Shown here: one piece after another, positions 14,336 through 26,389 of the stretch
Position numbering within the stretch: position 1 is the stretch's first letter
Layout of the letters: every line of letters begins with the position of its first letter
Source of the DNA: Macrostomum lignano
Taxonomy: Eukaryota
Direction of reading: 5' to 3'
NCBI GenBank assembly: GCA_002269645.1
Contig: NIVC01001398.1
Span: 62,001-126,000, forward strand
DNA length: 64,000 bases
Notes under the pieces: generated by a model
Database searches by the model: none
Told to the model about the DNA's origin: nothing
What the model saw: only the letters and a program-made list of their open reading frames with translations
Program-made: the position numbers and the translations under genes

Positions 14336-15865
14336 TCAGCAGTCCGGCTCCACAACGATGCAGCAGCTGCCGGCATCGACAGATGAGGCGGGCTCGAACA
14401 CAGCTGAGCAGAGGCGGGGCCGGTTGGGCCAGTCGCTAGTCAGGGTCACGTGACGAAGCCGAATAGCCGCGTGGCGACCGAGAAGCTGCTGGAGGCTGGC
14501 CAGGGGAGGCTGGCACAGGCGGGGCAGGTTGGCGGCTGTTTCTGATTGGCTGAGACTGCTGGGACTCGACTGCATCCTGACTAGGATGGTCAGCCAGCAC
14601 CGGCTGTCATCTGCTCCTCCGGCGTCCATCGGATCGCACACCTGCTAGTGCAGCGGGCAGCGATGCTGGGCTAATGCTTCTGGGCTAATGGCTGGTGATG
14701 CTGGGCTAAAGCTTCTGGGCTAATGGCTGATGATGCTGGGCTAATGCTTCTGGGCTACTGGCTGATGATGCTGGGCTAATGCTTCTGGGCTACTGGCTCA
14801 TGATGCTGGGCTAATGCTTCTGGGCTACTGGCTGATGATGCTGGGCTAATGGCTGGTGATGCTGGGCTAAAGCTTCTGGGCTAATGGCTGATGATGCTGG
14901 GCTAATGCTTCTGGCTACTGGCTGATGATGCTGGGCTAATGCTTCTGGGCTACTGGCTGATGATGCTGGGCTAATGGCTGATGATGCTGGGCTAATGCTT
15001 CTGAGCTAATGGCTGGTGATGCTGGGCTAATGGCTAATGCTTCTGGGCCATTAGCCCATAATGGCTGGTGATGCTGGGCTAATGCTTCTGGGCTAATGGC
15101 TGGTGATGCTGGGCTAATGCTTCTGGGCTAATGGCTGATGATGCTGGGCTAATGCTTCTGGGCTAATGGCTGATGATGCTGGGCTAATGCTTCTGGGCTA
15201 ATGGCTGATGATGCTGGGCTAATGGCTGGTGATGCTGGGCTAATGCTTCTGGGCTACTGGCTGATGATGCTGGGCTAATGCTTCTGGGCTACTGGCTGAT
15301 GATGCTGGGCTAATGGCTGATGATGCTGGGCTAATGCTTCTGGGCTAATGGCTGATGATGCTGGGCTAATGCTTCTGGGCTAATGCTTCTGGGCTAATGG
15401 CTGATGATGCTGGGCTAATGGCTGGTGATGCTGGGCTAATGCTTCTGGGCTAATATAAATAAAACAAAAGCATGACTGGCACCTGAAAAACCAGATGCTG
15501 AGAATGTTTCCCATTAGTAGTTGGAGCATCGCAGCCTGAGCACATAATGAAGTGGCCAAGCACCAGCCCCGGCCAGATTGGATGGCCCAGCTGACTGGCC
15601 CAGCCCTTGTCGCCCAAATCCGCATCATGAACTCGATAGCTATCAATAGGGTCCAAGCAGGCGGCCAGGTGAGTCATAAACCTTGCCCAGCCAACCAGCT
15701 TGGCTAGTCGAGCGCACTCAGACCGATGGCTGGACCAGTGAGCCACCTGGCAGGCGCGGCAGCAATAACTGGCGTTCCGGCAGCGGCCGCACAGCTGACA
15801 GTCCCGACTGGCCGAGCAGTTCAGGCAGATCTGCGAGCGGTGCCGCAGTTGCTGGGCGGCCGAGT
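14336..15865 (-). CDS. MYND-type zinc-finger protein, 5'-partial; exons 15865-15483 and 14641-14336
   Basis: Canonical MYND pattern CLNC-x7-CGRC-x4-YCCRACQVAHWSSHRSEC; CAG|GTG donor at 15483 joins cag|GTG at 14641 in phase 0; TGA at 14336; AATAAA at 14079-14084 (minus strand). Confidence 0.82.
14662..15450. repeat. Composite minisatellite (GCTGGGCTAATGCTTCT / GGCTGATGAT) filling the MYND gene intron
   Basis: Direct reading. Confidence 0.97.
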
Positions 15866-15917
15866 CTGCCAGGAAAATTGCAGGAGATGTCAGTCACTCA
15901 GTATAAGGCAGTCCCCA

Positions 15918-16610
15918 GGATTTGGGGCGATTCTCTAGGTGGATTTGGGGCGATTCTCTAGGTGGATTTGGGGCGATTCTCTAGGTGGATTTGGGGCGAT
16001 TCTCTAGGTGGATTTGGGGCGATTCTCAGGTTGGATTTGGGGCGATTCTCTAGGTGGATTTGGGGCGATTCTCCAGGTGGATTTGGGGCGATTCTCTAGG
16101 TGGATTTGGGGCGATTCTCTAGGTGGATTTGGGGCGATTCTCAGGTTGGATTTGAGGCGATTATCCAGGTGGATTTGAGCGATTCTCCAGGTGGATTTGA
16201 GCGATTCTCCAGGTGGATTTGGGCGATTCTCCAGGTGGATTTGGGCGATTCTCCAGGTGGATTTGGGCGATTCTCCAGGTGGATTTGGGCGATTCTCCAG
16301 GTGGATTTTGGCGATTCTCCAGGTGGATTTGGGGCGATTCTCCAGGTGGATTTGGGGCGATTCTCCAGGTGGATTTGGGGCGATTCTCTAGGTGGATTTG
16401 GGGCGATTCTCCAGGTGGATTTAAGGCGATTCTCTAGGTGGATTTGGGGCGATTCTCCAGGTGGATTTGGGGCGATTCTCTAGGTGGATTTGGGGCGATT
16501 CTCCAGGTAGATTTGGGGCGATTCTAAAAGTGGTTTTGGGGCGATTTTCTAGGTGGATTTGGGGCAATTCTCTAGGTGGCTTTGGGGAAATTCCCCAGGT
16601 GGTTTTGGGA
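15918..16610. repeat. 23-bp minisatellite (GGTGGATTTGGGGCGATTCTCCA/TA), second array of the same family
   Basis: Same unit and orientation as 7280-7967. Confidence 0.97.
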
Positions 16611-16707
16611 CAACTATCCCCCCTCCCGCTGAACATCAGAGAAAGAACACAAACAACTGAGACGAACAGTTTCAACAGATGTACAAAACCCCTTTGGAAC
16701 AGATTTC

Positions 16708-16713
16708 TTTATT
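16708..16713 (-). terminator. Candidate polyadenylation signal of the hnRNP F/H transcript
   Basis: AATAAA on the minus strand followed 30-70 nt downstream by a GU/U-rich tract (TGTTCGTCTCAGTTGTTTGTGTTCTTTCTC). Confidence 0.5.
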
Positions 16714-16914
16714 TAACCAAATCCACAAGAAGCCGTCACGTTAAAGATCACCCAGTGCTTAGTATTCAGTAGTAACAACAGACTCAAATGGGCTTTGAAA
16801 TGGACAGAATATGCTTATTATAAAAACGGGAGGCGAAACTGCCATGCAACTGAGACGGGTGGTACATGTAGAGACGAAAATTGGAATATGAAGTAATAGC
16901 AGAGCAGTTTGATA

Positions 16915-17690
16915 CCGGATGTGGGTCATTACACTACTGGATGTAGGCCATCACACTAACCGGATGTGGGCCAGTACATTAACCGGATTTAGGCCATTAC
17001 ATTAACTGGATGTTGGTCATTACACCAAACGGATGTTGGTCATTACACTAACCGGATGTGGGTCATTACACTAACCGGATGTGGGTCATTACACTACTGG
17101 ATGTGGGCCATCACACTAACCGGATGTGGGCCAGTACATTAACCGGATTTAGGCCATTACATTAACTGGATGTTGGTCATTACACCAAACGGATGTTGGT
17201 CATTACACTAACCGTATGTGGGTCATTACACTAACCGGATGTGGGTCATTACACTTACCGGATGTGGGTGATTACACTTACCGGATGTGGGTCATTACAC
17301 TAAACAGGTGTGGGTCATTACATTAACTGGATGTGGGTCATCACACTAGCCGGATGTGGGTCATTACACTAGCCGGATGTGGGTCATTACACTAAACAGG
17401 TGTGGGTCATTACATTAGCTGGATGTGGGTCATTGCACTTACCGGATGTGGGTCATTACACTAAACAGGTGTGGGTCATTACATTAACTGGATGTGGGTC
17501 ATCACACTAGCCGGATGTGGGTCATTACACTAGCCGGATGTGGGTCATTACACTAAACAGATGTGGGTCATTACACTAACCGGATGTGGGTCATTACACT
17601 AACCGGATGTGGGTCATTACACTAAACAGGTGTGGGTCATTACATTAACTGGATGTGGGTCATTGCACTTACCGGATGTGGGTCATTACT
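16915..17690. repeat. 23-bp minisatellite (CCGGATGTGGGTCATTACACTAA)
   Basis: More than 30 tandem units. Confidence 0.97.
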
Positions 17691-18179
17691 CCATAAGGAA
17701 ACACGAGACAGGCAGACTCAGCAGGAAGGGGCAATACAAAAACAATAGAGCATGCAGGTATGAGTACACAGAGACACTAGCTGGGGTCGCCCCATCCCAC
17801 CAAGATAAACGGCGCACATCAGTGTTAAATGCGGCGCCCAGACAGACACGCAAAAATTTGGTTCGAAGCGATATAATTTGGAGATAACTAATAATTACCA
17901 ATTATTTAACAGACTAATAGTTAATGAGACACAACAGGAAACAATGTTTCTAATCGTTAGTTAATAAATGAACAAGTTCACACATTAACAAGCCCGCTAG
18001 CATTAAACACATAGTCGCATTAAGCACAATATAGATAGAAGAAGTACATTATGTTACACTAGACGGGTGTGCAAGCGAAACTCGTCCACAATTCAGCTAG
18101 ACTAAGAAGCTTGCTGGACAATACGAAAACCCGCGCCTCCAAGACGGAACCACACCGGTGCGGACAGCGGCCGCGGATC

Positions 18180-21162
18180 TCAGTTCGTAAAGATTTCAAT
18201 GTAGCGAGTGCCTGCATCGGAGTTGCGAAGGGGCTAAGTTGTTAGGGGCCGTGAAAGTTTGAGATATTGAATAAAACATTTCAGTTTTTTGGAAGGCTTT
18301 ACATGATGCTTAGGGCGTTTGGGGATAATTAATGGGGATCTAGGGGATTTGAGGATAATTCATGGGGATCTAGGGGATTTGGGGATAATTCATGGGGATC
18401 TAGGGGATTTGGGGATAATTCATGGGGATCTAGGGCATTTGGGAATAATTCATGGGGATCTAGAGCATTTGGGGATAATTGGATCTAGAGCATTTGGAGA
18501 TAATTCATGGGGATCTAGAGCATGTGGGGATAATTCCTGGGGATCTAGGGCATTTGGGAATAATTCATGGGGATCTAGGGAATTCGGGGATAATTCATTG
18601 GAGATCTAGAGCATGTGAGGATAATTTATGGAGATTAAGGGCATTTGGGAATAATTTATGGGGATCTAGGGGATTTGGGAATAATAATTTATGGGATTCG
18701 TGGGAATATAATAGTGGGGATTTAGCTACATGGGGATAAATCATGTGGATCTAAGACACTTGGAAGAATTATGATTAGAAAATTGAGGATAAGTAAAAAG
18801 ATATTAACCAGACACCATGAGCCGCAACTCACCGATAACTTTGCCATTGTACTCGGCAGCCTGGCGGACCTCATCAGCTGACTGAAAGAAAGCATCGGCC
18901 TCGCCGGAGCTCCGACCGCCGGGGTCGCGCCCGATCTGCACCCGGGTGGGCCGCAGCGGCGCGAAGAAGTCGTAGATTTCGGCCTCGCCGGCCGACCAGG
19001 GTAGGCCGCGCAGGTGGACGCGGAAGCCGTCGCCAACGCCCGGGCCGACGCCGCCGCGGTAGCCGCCGGGCTGGTGCATCGGCTGGTGCATCAGCTGGGG
19101 CGGCCCGCCCACGCCAGCTCCGCGCCCGCCGCCGCCGCCGCCGGCCCTGTGCAGGAACAGGTCGACATAGCGGCTGCCCAGGTGCTGCTTGTTCTTTTCC
19201 ATCGCCCGGCGACAGTCGGCTTCCGAATCAAAATCGACGTCGGCCTCGCCGCTTGGCCGGCCGTCCGGGTTGAAGCGAATCTCCACGTGGGCGGCGGTGA
19301 GCGGGGCAAAGAACTGCCGGATGTCCGATTCGCTGGCCGAGTACGGCAGGCCACGCATGTGCACCCAGTAACCCGTGGTCGACGCCCAATCGCTGCCAGG
19401 CGGCCCGCCGCCGCCGCCGCCGCCAAAGTCGCGGCGCATCCCGCCCGGGCCGCCGCCACCGTAGGGACTCGGCCTTGCGCCGCCGTAGCCGCCGGGGCCA
19501 CCGCGGCCGCCGCGCATCGAGCCGCCGCCACTGGCCATAGCGCCAGAATAGTCGCCCATCTGAGGCCCGTAGTCGTAATCGTAGCCGTAGCCACCGCCGT
19601 AGGGTGGCGGCACCGCTGCGCCTCCGGCCGCGTACGGATCGCCTGTGAGAGTGCGATGGGACAAGCAAAAGATGGAGTCTCACTATGAGATAACAGTCCC
19701 GAAATCTCACTATTAGATAACAGTCCCGAAATTTCACAATGAGATAACAGTCCCGACATCTCACTATGAGATAACAGTCCCGACATCTCACTATGAGATA
19801 ACAGTCCCGACATCTCACTATGAGATAACAGTACCGAAATCTCACTATTAGATAACAGTCCCGAAATTTCACAATGAGATAACAGTCCAGAAATCTCACT
19901 ATGAGATAACAGTCCCGAAATTTCACAATGAGATAACAGTCCCGAAATCTCACTATGAGATAACAGTCCCGAAATCTCACTGAGATAACAGTCCCGAAAT
20001 CTCACTTTTAGATAAAAGTCCCGAAATCTCACTATGAGATAACAGTCCCGAAATCTCACTTTGAGATAAGTCTTGAAATTTCAGGTAGCAGGTAGCACAG
20101 GTACAATACGAAAGCATGCCACGGTACAAGTAGCCAGAAAGTCTTCAACGAGTCGCCTAAGAGTCAATTTGAGGCGTTTTATAATATTGTCGGCGACTCT
20201 GGGGCAGTAAAGTCGTATCTGAGGCATACTAGAGTCGCTGTATAGTCAGAGTTGCGTCTAAAGCCCATCTGCTGTATGAATTAGAATCGCATCTCGCAAT
20301 AATAAAAACTCTGTTTAGTCTACTTAAGTTAGTAGAAAGTTAAGCGCTGACTCAAAAGTCGCCTCTCCGTCGCATTTGGGTCGTTAAAAGCTACAAGTGT
20401 CGCTCAAGAGTCGATAGAGTCACTAGTGGGGACAGTGGGGAAGGGCGGGGGGATATTCTAGGCACATCAAATGCGAACAAACGCCTCACCTCCGGACGCC
20501 ATCATCTGCTGCCTATTAGCCTCAGCGTACGCCTCAGCCATAGAGCTGGGGAACAGCTCAATGTAGCGGCTGCCCATATTCTGCCGGTTGCAGCTGCTCA
20601 AAGCACTGCTGGCAGTCTCCGGGGTGTCGAACTGCACGTAGGCCTCGCCGCTAGGCCTGCCGTCCTGGTTGTACACCATCAGGATGCCGTCCTTCACCAC
20701 GTGAAAGCCGTGAAAGAACTCTCTGATGCCGTCGAAATCCGCGGCAAACGGCAGGCCGCGCATCCGCAGCACCGGCTCCCGGTTGTGCCCGCCGTAGGCG
20801 CCGCCGCCGCCGCTGCTGTTCGCTGGCCGGCCAGTGGGTCCGGGGACTCCGGCGCCAGGGACCATGCGAGCTAGCTCGGCCTCGCTGGATTGAAACAGCT
20901 CCACATAGCGCCTGCCCATGTGCTGCTTGTCGTGCCTCATAGCCGCAGCGGCGTCGTCGGGTGTTTCAAAGACGACATAGGCCTCGCCGCTGGGCCGGCC
21001 AAGGTGGTCCTGGGTCAGGTGCACACCCTGCTGGCCCCGGCTGATGCTGCAGTCGTCAAAGAATTTCACAACATCGCTAGCCGTGGATTCGAATGGCAGG
21101 CCGCGCATTCGAACTACACAGGACGGCCCGCCGGACGAATTGTTGGAATTGTTATAGCGCAT
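18180..21162 (-). CDS. HNRNPH: hnRNP F/H (Glorund-like) RNA-binding protein with four qRRMs, 504 aa; exons 21162-20490, 19642-18833, 18211-18180
   Basis: Four RGLP[FYW]..GEA..RY[VI][ED][LI]F modules plus Gly/Tyr-rich linkers. Phase-1 junctions are consistent. The 32-bp last exon (tgcag|GC ACT CGC TAC ATT GAA ATC TTT ACG AAC TGA) completes qRRM4 as GTRYIEIFTN*. Total 1515 nt. Confidence 0.93.
18320..18770. repeat. ~30-bp minisatellite (GGGGATCTAGGGCATTTGGGGATAATTCAT) in hnRNP intron 2
   Basis: Direct reading. Confidence 0.95.
19678..20065. repeat. 27-bp minisatellite (CTCACTATGAGATAACAGTCCCGAAAT) in hnRNP intron 1
   Basis: About 14 tandem units. Confidence 0.96.
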
Positions 21163-22109
21163 GGCTCTGGGGATCTGCTGGCTGAAGTATTTTGTAAGTT
21201 TTTCTATGTACAACTCTTATTTTCAAATACAAAGTTATGTACTTATTATTTCGAAAATGGTTATTGCACTTTATATCTCTAACCTTAAGCTTGCTTAAGC
21301 ATTGTAATTAAATGCTCTAATTTTAATCTTCTGCAATTTAAATAAGTTTTATACAGAAATCATATATCAACAGATAAATGAAAAGTCCTTTTAAAAGAGT
21401 TTATCAAAGAGTCGAACCTACTATGTATCTATGCTATAATGCATAAAAGGTGAAGGTTCCAACTTATAATATAAGTAACCATTTATGGGATGTATACTTT
21501 AAAGAATAGTCTAGTTATTAAGGAAAATTAATTGTTAACTAATCATTTTTAAAAGTAAATAAACAATTCAGTTATTGGTAAAAGTGTTGGCATTAAAACA
21601 AAAAAATCTTAACTTATTAAATTTCTTTGAGTTGACTAAAAGTTAATTAGAATATGCTAATCTATTATCAATAACACAGAATATACAGAAACTTAGCACT
21701 TTCATTTACAAAAACAAACTTTAAAATGCATTGTCTGCATTTTCATTCTTTTGGCTAGCACAGAGAGGTCATTGAAGTAATTTACAATTTATTAAGTAAC
21801 ACATACTAAGAAAAAATATAAATTTGTAATATAACTTATCAAACATATTTTTGTTCTTTCTTGTCTTTGGTCTCATTGACATTTCCATTATCATAAATCA
21901 TACATGCGCAACTGCTGGCCGACCTGGCCGATCCGGCCACCGTAAATCGTGGCTGACCAGGGGTAAGTCGCAAAATTGAGTCAACCAAAAACAGAAAAAC
22001 ACAAGAACCAAGAAAGGCAAGAGGAAAGCGAAAGAAAGAGCAGTTCAGGGAAAATGGTGAAGCAAAAGAAAAACAATTCGCAAAAGAAGCAAACTAAGTT
22101 GTAAAAATA

Positions 22110-22640
22110 ATCAGGTAAGTCGCAAAAAGGATCAGGTAAGTCGCAAAAGGATCAGCTAAGTCGCAAAAAGGATCAGGTAAGTCGCAAAAGGATCAGCTAA
22201 GTCGCAAAAAGGATCAGGTAAGTCGCAAAAGGATCAGCTAAGTCGCAAAAGAAGCAAACTAAGTCGCAAAAAGGATCAGGTAAGTCGCAAAAGGGTTAGG
22301 TAAGTCGCAAAAAGGATTAGGTAAGTCGCAAAAAAAATCAGGTAAGTCGCAAAAAGGATCAGGTAAGTCGCAAAAGGATCAGCTAAGTCGCAAAAGAAGC
22401 AAACTAAGTCGCAAAAAGGATCAGGTAAGTCGCAAAAGGGTTAGGTAAGTCGCAAAAAGGATTAGGTAAGTCGCAAAAAGGATCAGGTAAGTCGCAACAA
22501 GAATCAGGTAAGTCGCAAAAGGATCAGCTAAGTCGCAAAAGGGTTAGGTAAGTCGCAAAAAGGATTAGGTAAGTCGCAAAAAGGATTAGGTAAGTCGCAA
22601 AAAGGATTAGGTAAGTCGCAAAAAGAAGCAACTAAGTCGC
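22110..22640. repeat. ~21-bp tandem array with invariant core TAAGTCGCA inside the TIR element
   Basis: About 25 units; the same core also occurs near both element ends (about 21964, 24099, 24123). Confidence 0.92.
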
Positions 22641-22800
22641 AATAAGAGGGAAGTAAGTCACAATCAGAGGCAATCAGGGGGTAGTAGGTGCAAGTGTGGC
22701 AGGAGAGCAAAAACAGAATAGAAGCCTTCAACCACAGACAAGATCTTTGAAATCAGAAGCCCGCGTCAACAGTTTCCCATTGATTTCTTAAACTCTGGAG

Positions 22801-23050
22801 CAGGGGTTGGCAAACTCCGGCTCGCGAAGCCCCTCTATCTGGCCCTCGCCCTCGGGTTCTTTGAAACTTCCTAACCAGCAAGGTTGGTGTCTCTTCAATT
22901 CTCATCTCTCTCTTCTTCTCTACCTTGCCTCCCCTCTTCTCTCTCTCCCCCCTTTTCCCTCTTCTCTCTCCTCTCATTTTTACTCTCCTCTCTTCTCCCC
23001 CTTTCTCTCTACCCTTTCTCCTCAATGCCCTCTTCTCTCCTCTTATCTTC
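22801..23050 (+). mobile_element. 5' end of a hAT (Charlie-like) non-autonomous element nested in the 9-bp-TSD element
   Basis: Terminus CAGGGGTTGGCAAACT after CTCTGGAG; shares GTTGGTGTCTCTT plus a CT-rich tract with 44174-45152; 3' end not found. Confidence 0.55.
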
Positions 23051-25099
23051 AGCAAAAATATGTGCATATTTTCTTACTTCAAAGTAGAGGGAATAGAAGA
23101 TTAGAGATAAGCAAACAGAGGGGAGGCGAGCGATGCGATGGGAGAAAAGATAGAAGAGGAGAGAAAAGCTGAGGGAGGAAAAAGAGATGAGAGAGAAGAG
23201 GAGATTAGAGGAAAGAGGAAAGAAAAGATGATGGATGAGATCAGAAGAGAGGAAAGAGGAAAGAGGAGAGAGTAGATGAGAGAAGAGAGGATAAAGAGGA
23301 GATGAGAGGAGAGTGAAGAGAGGAGAGATGAGAGAGTAGAAAAGAGAGATAAGATGAGAGAGTAGAGTGGAGAGAGACGAGAGGGAAGATAAGATGAGAG
23401 AGTAGAGTGGAATGGAGAGACGAGAGGAGATAAGAATGTAGAGAGGAGACAGAAGAGATAGGAGAGGAGAGGAAAGAGAGTAGAGAGGAGAGGAAAGAGA
23501 GGAGAGAGGAGAGGAAAGAGAGAAGGGATAAGGGATGAGAGAGAAAAGAAAAAGAGGATGAGAAGATTGAGGAATGAAGAGAATTTGCAAAGGCCTCAAA
23601 TCTTAGTTTAACATGCATTACTCCAATCTTTGCCTTTTTCCTAACTGTTAACAAGTTTTTGTTTGAGCATGACTTCAAATTTAGAATCTATGCAAAAATA
23701 GTTCCGGGAATTAGAATTCAGTGGTTTAAAAATCTGTGGGTTTTCACAGCTTGTATCTCTACTGGATTCGTATTCTGCATCTGATGAGCCATCTGAATCA
23801 GGGCTCTCATCTTCCATGCCAAATCGTCTAGCAAATCGTTCTTGAGCTATAGGTCACACTGTATTCACTTCACTTACTTCTGGACATTCATGAATCATGA
23901 CTTTTGTAGTATGCTCACTACACTGTACTGACAATTTACTAATTGCTTCATGCCGCCACTAGATGACACTGATTAGCTGTTATAAAAACGCGGAATCTGC
24001 ACGCAGCACTAATTAGCTGGTGAGGCATTTAGCTTTAAAAATATAGTCATAGTTACTCCTGCCGTTTACCTAAAGTTTTTGCTTGGCTCTTTCATAGGTA
24101 AGTCGCATTTTTTATCGAAAACTAAGTCGCACGGCCAGCGTAATTTCAGAAGTTGCGCATGTATGATCATAAATGATGAATTTGTTGTTAATTCACAAAT
24201 TATTAATGCAAATTCATTAATCAACAAAAAATCTTAATGACATTTCATTAATGTTAATGAAAATCTAAATTCTTATTAATGGATTGTTACCCAATACTGC
24301 TACCTAGATTGTTATAATATGGTCATGGTTAGGTTAATCATATTATTAGTTGTTTTATATTATAGAGTATGCTATCATAGGATTAGGTTTAGAATTTTAG
24401 TATAGTTATATTTTTTAGAGGATATGTTATAATTCATTATGATATATACAAGTATGATAATTATACAAGTTTTGTAAATAGTTATACAAGTTATTTTAGC
24501 CGAGCTATTTATTATTCATTAAAATAAAAAAGACATTTTTATGAAAAAGTATTTGAGTATAATAAAATAAATAATGCTTTAGATATTTATGATAAAAAAT
24601 ATTGCAAAGTATTTATTTTAGATTATAGTCTACTTTTTTGACATCTAATTATAATTTATAATTTATATACTGAAAATCAACCCTATGATTGGAATAAATT
24701 CTGAAAATGTGTGGATGCCTATCAAGGGTCTAGCAAAAATGCACCAAAAGGTCACTCTAAAGTATATAGACTATATCAATGGATCACCAAGCAGTGGTGG
24801 CACACCAAAAAATAGCATTGTTATGCAGAGCACACCTAATAACTTTGCCAACTTTTGACATTTTGACATTTAGGCCATTCTGACATGGATTCCAAGCACT
24901 ATGCAAGTACCAAGTGTCGCACTGCACTATACCATACTGCACTAAGTGCTACCTTACAGAAAATACGCCACATCTTAGGGTCATTTTAAAAATGTCTAGA
25001 TAGCTATCTGCCATTTAGAAACTTTTTTAATAAGGAAAAGCAAACTAGGATAAGGGCTTCCAAAATGCCAAATTACTAAAAAACATAGGCAGTGAAAAG

Positions 25100-25590
25100 T
25101 TTAGATCCCCTAATATATCCCCTAGACTAAGTCTATCTTTGATTAGGACATTAAAATTTCTAAATTAACAAAGTTTAATAATACAATGTTCTAATAAATA
25201 CAACTTGAGCATACAATGCACTTTGTGACTTTCCAACTACATGTAAAGTCAATCACTATCTATATTTTATTTATCTAAATGATCTAACTATGTACAAACA
25301 TAATTAAAAACACCTAGGCACAAATGAAGACAAAGTTCTATAGCTAGCATGGCATTAGGCCTAGTGATGACCTTTTTGACTTTCATTTCAGCAAGTTCCT
25401 CTAGTAGTGATATCAATTTTACCCAAAGAAATGCTTTGACAATTTCCTATATTAGGTGACCCATTACTATGATATATAGGGTCTAATGCTATTTTTAAGG
25501 CTATAAAACTTTAATTAATAAACTTGTTTCTGTTTGTTTGTTAAAAATCTAGTTTCAAAATAATTTAATGTAGAAAACTAAGACATTGCC
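25100..25590 (+). pseudogene. Hypermutated Merlin (IS1595/IS1016-like) transposase C-terminal remnant with 3' TIR
   Basis: Reads TNIIKNT*AQMKTKFYS*HGI[RP]SDDLFDFHFSKFL***..CFDNFLY*VTHYY, homologous to 29337-29806; TIR-like end ..AACTAAGACATTGCC at 25590. Confidence 0.72.
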
Positions 25591-26389
25591 ACTTTAGTAA
25601 GCCTATTAATTAGTAGATATAAGGTCATTTTGTCTGCTGTTAGGCCTAGTTTGTCTGCTAGCAGACAAAATGACTACTCATTAGTAGGTACATTTATTGT
25701 TTGTTTAGCATGCTGCATGATATTATATAACATTAATATTGATTTATTACAGTTATTCTTTCTCCTATTTTTTCACTGTGAACTCTTATTTTGACTTATA
25801 TGCTAATACTATAAAAAACTATATGAACTTCAAACTTTGTGTGAAATTTCTACCGAAACATACATTCGTTTTAATAAAAGTAGCACTAAATAGTAAAAAA
25901 TAGATGCTTATTAGCAGCAAATATTTTATTGTACACAACACAATAGACAAAAATCTACCTTAGCAATGCTTTGATAGAATGATTAGGCCTACTCTTAATT
26001 TTCAAGTTAAAAAATTCAATTTATAATTATAGAAACTTTAAATGCATAGGCCCAATCTAGGCAAAAAGCATAACATCTAACTACATGCCTATAGCAACTC
26101 ATACTCATTCATGTCAATTATCAAGTCAAGTTACAAATTAGGCCTAATTTAATTGCATTCAATATTCTAAAATTTTCCTAAATCAAACTTAATTAACCTG
26201 TTTTTATGCAGGTCCTTTTTCCTAAGAGCAAAAAACTTCTTCCAAATAGTTGAACCATCATTGCTTCTATGTTGCACCTATTTTTTTTATTAATCTTTAG
26301 CTTTTTTGTTCTCATTTGGCAAGGACCAAGAAGTCAATGACCAGCAACCAGGTTCAAGTTAAGAATAAGATGTTATACCTTATATATTA

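Larger units (their letters stand above)
21899..24165. mobile_element. Non-autonomous TIR DNA transposon with 9-bp TSD (Mutator-like by TSD length)
   Basis: Ends CATACATGCGCAACT...AGTTGCGCATGTATG; perfect flanking duplication ATCATAAAT at 21890-21898 and 24166-24174; no transposase ORF. Confidence 0.8.

Noticed and set aside
22110-22640. Conserved core with variable spacers resembling a CRISPR array
   Set aside because: Spacers are short, near-identical A/G-rich variants, there are no cas genes, and the context is a eukaryotic transposon.
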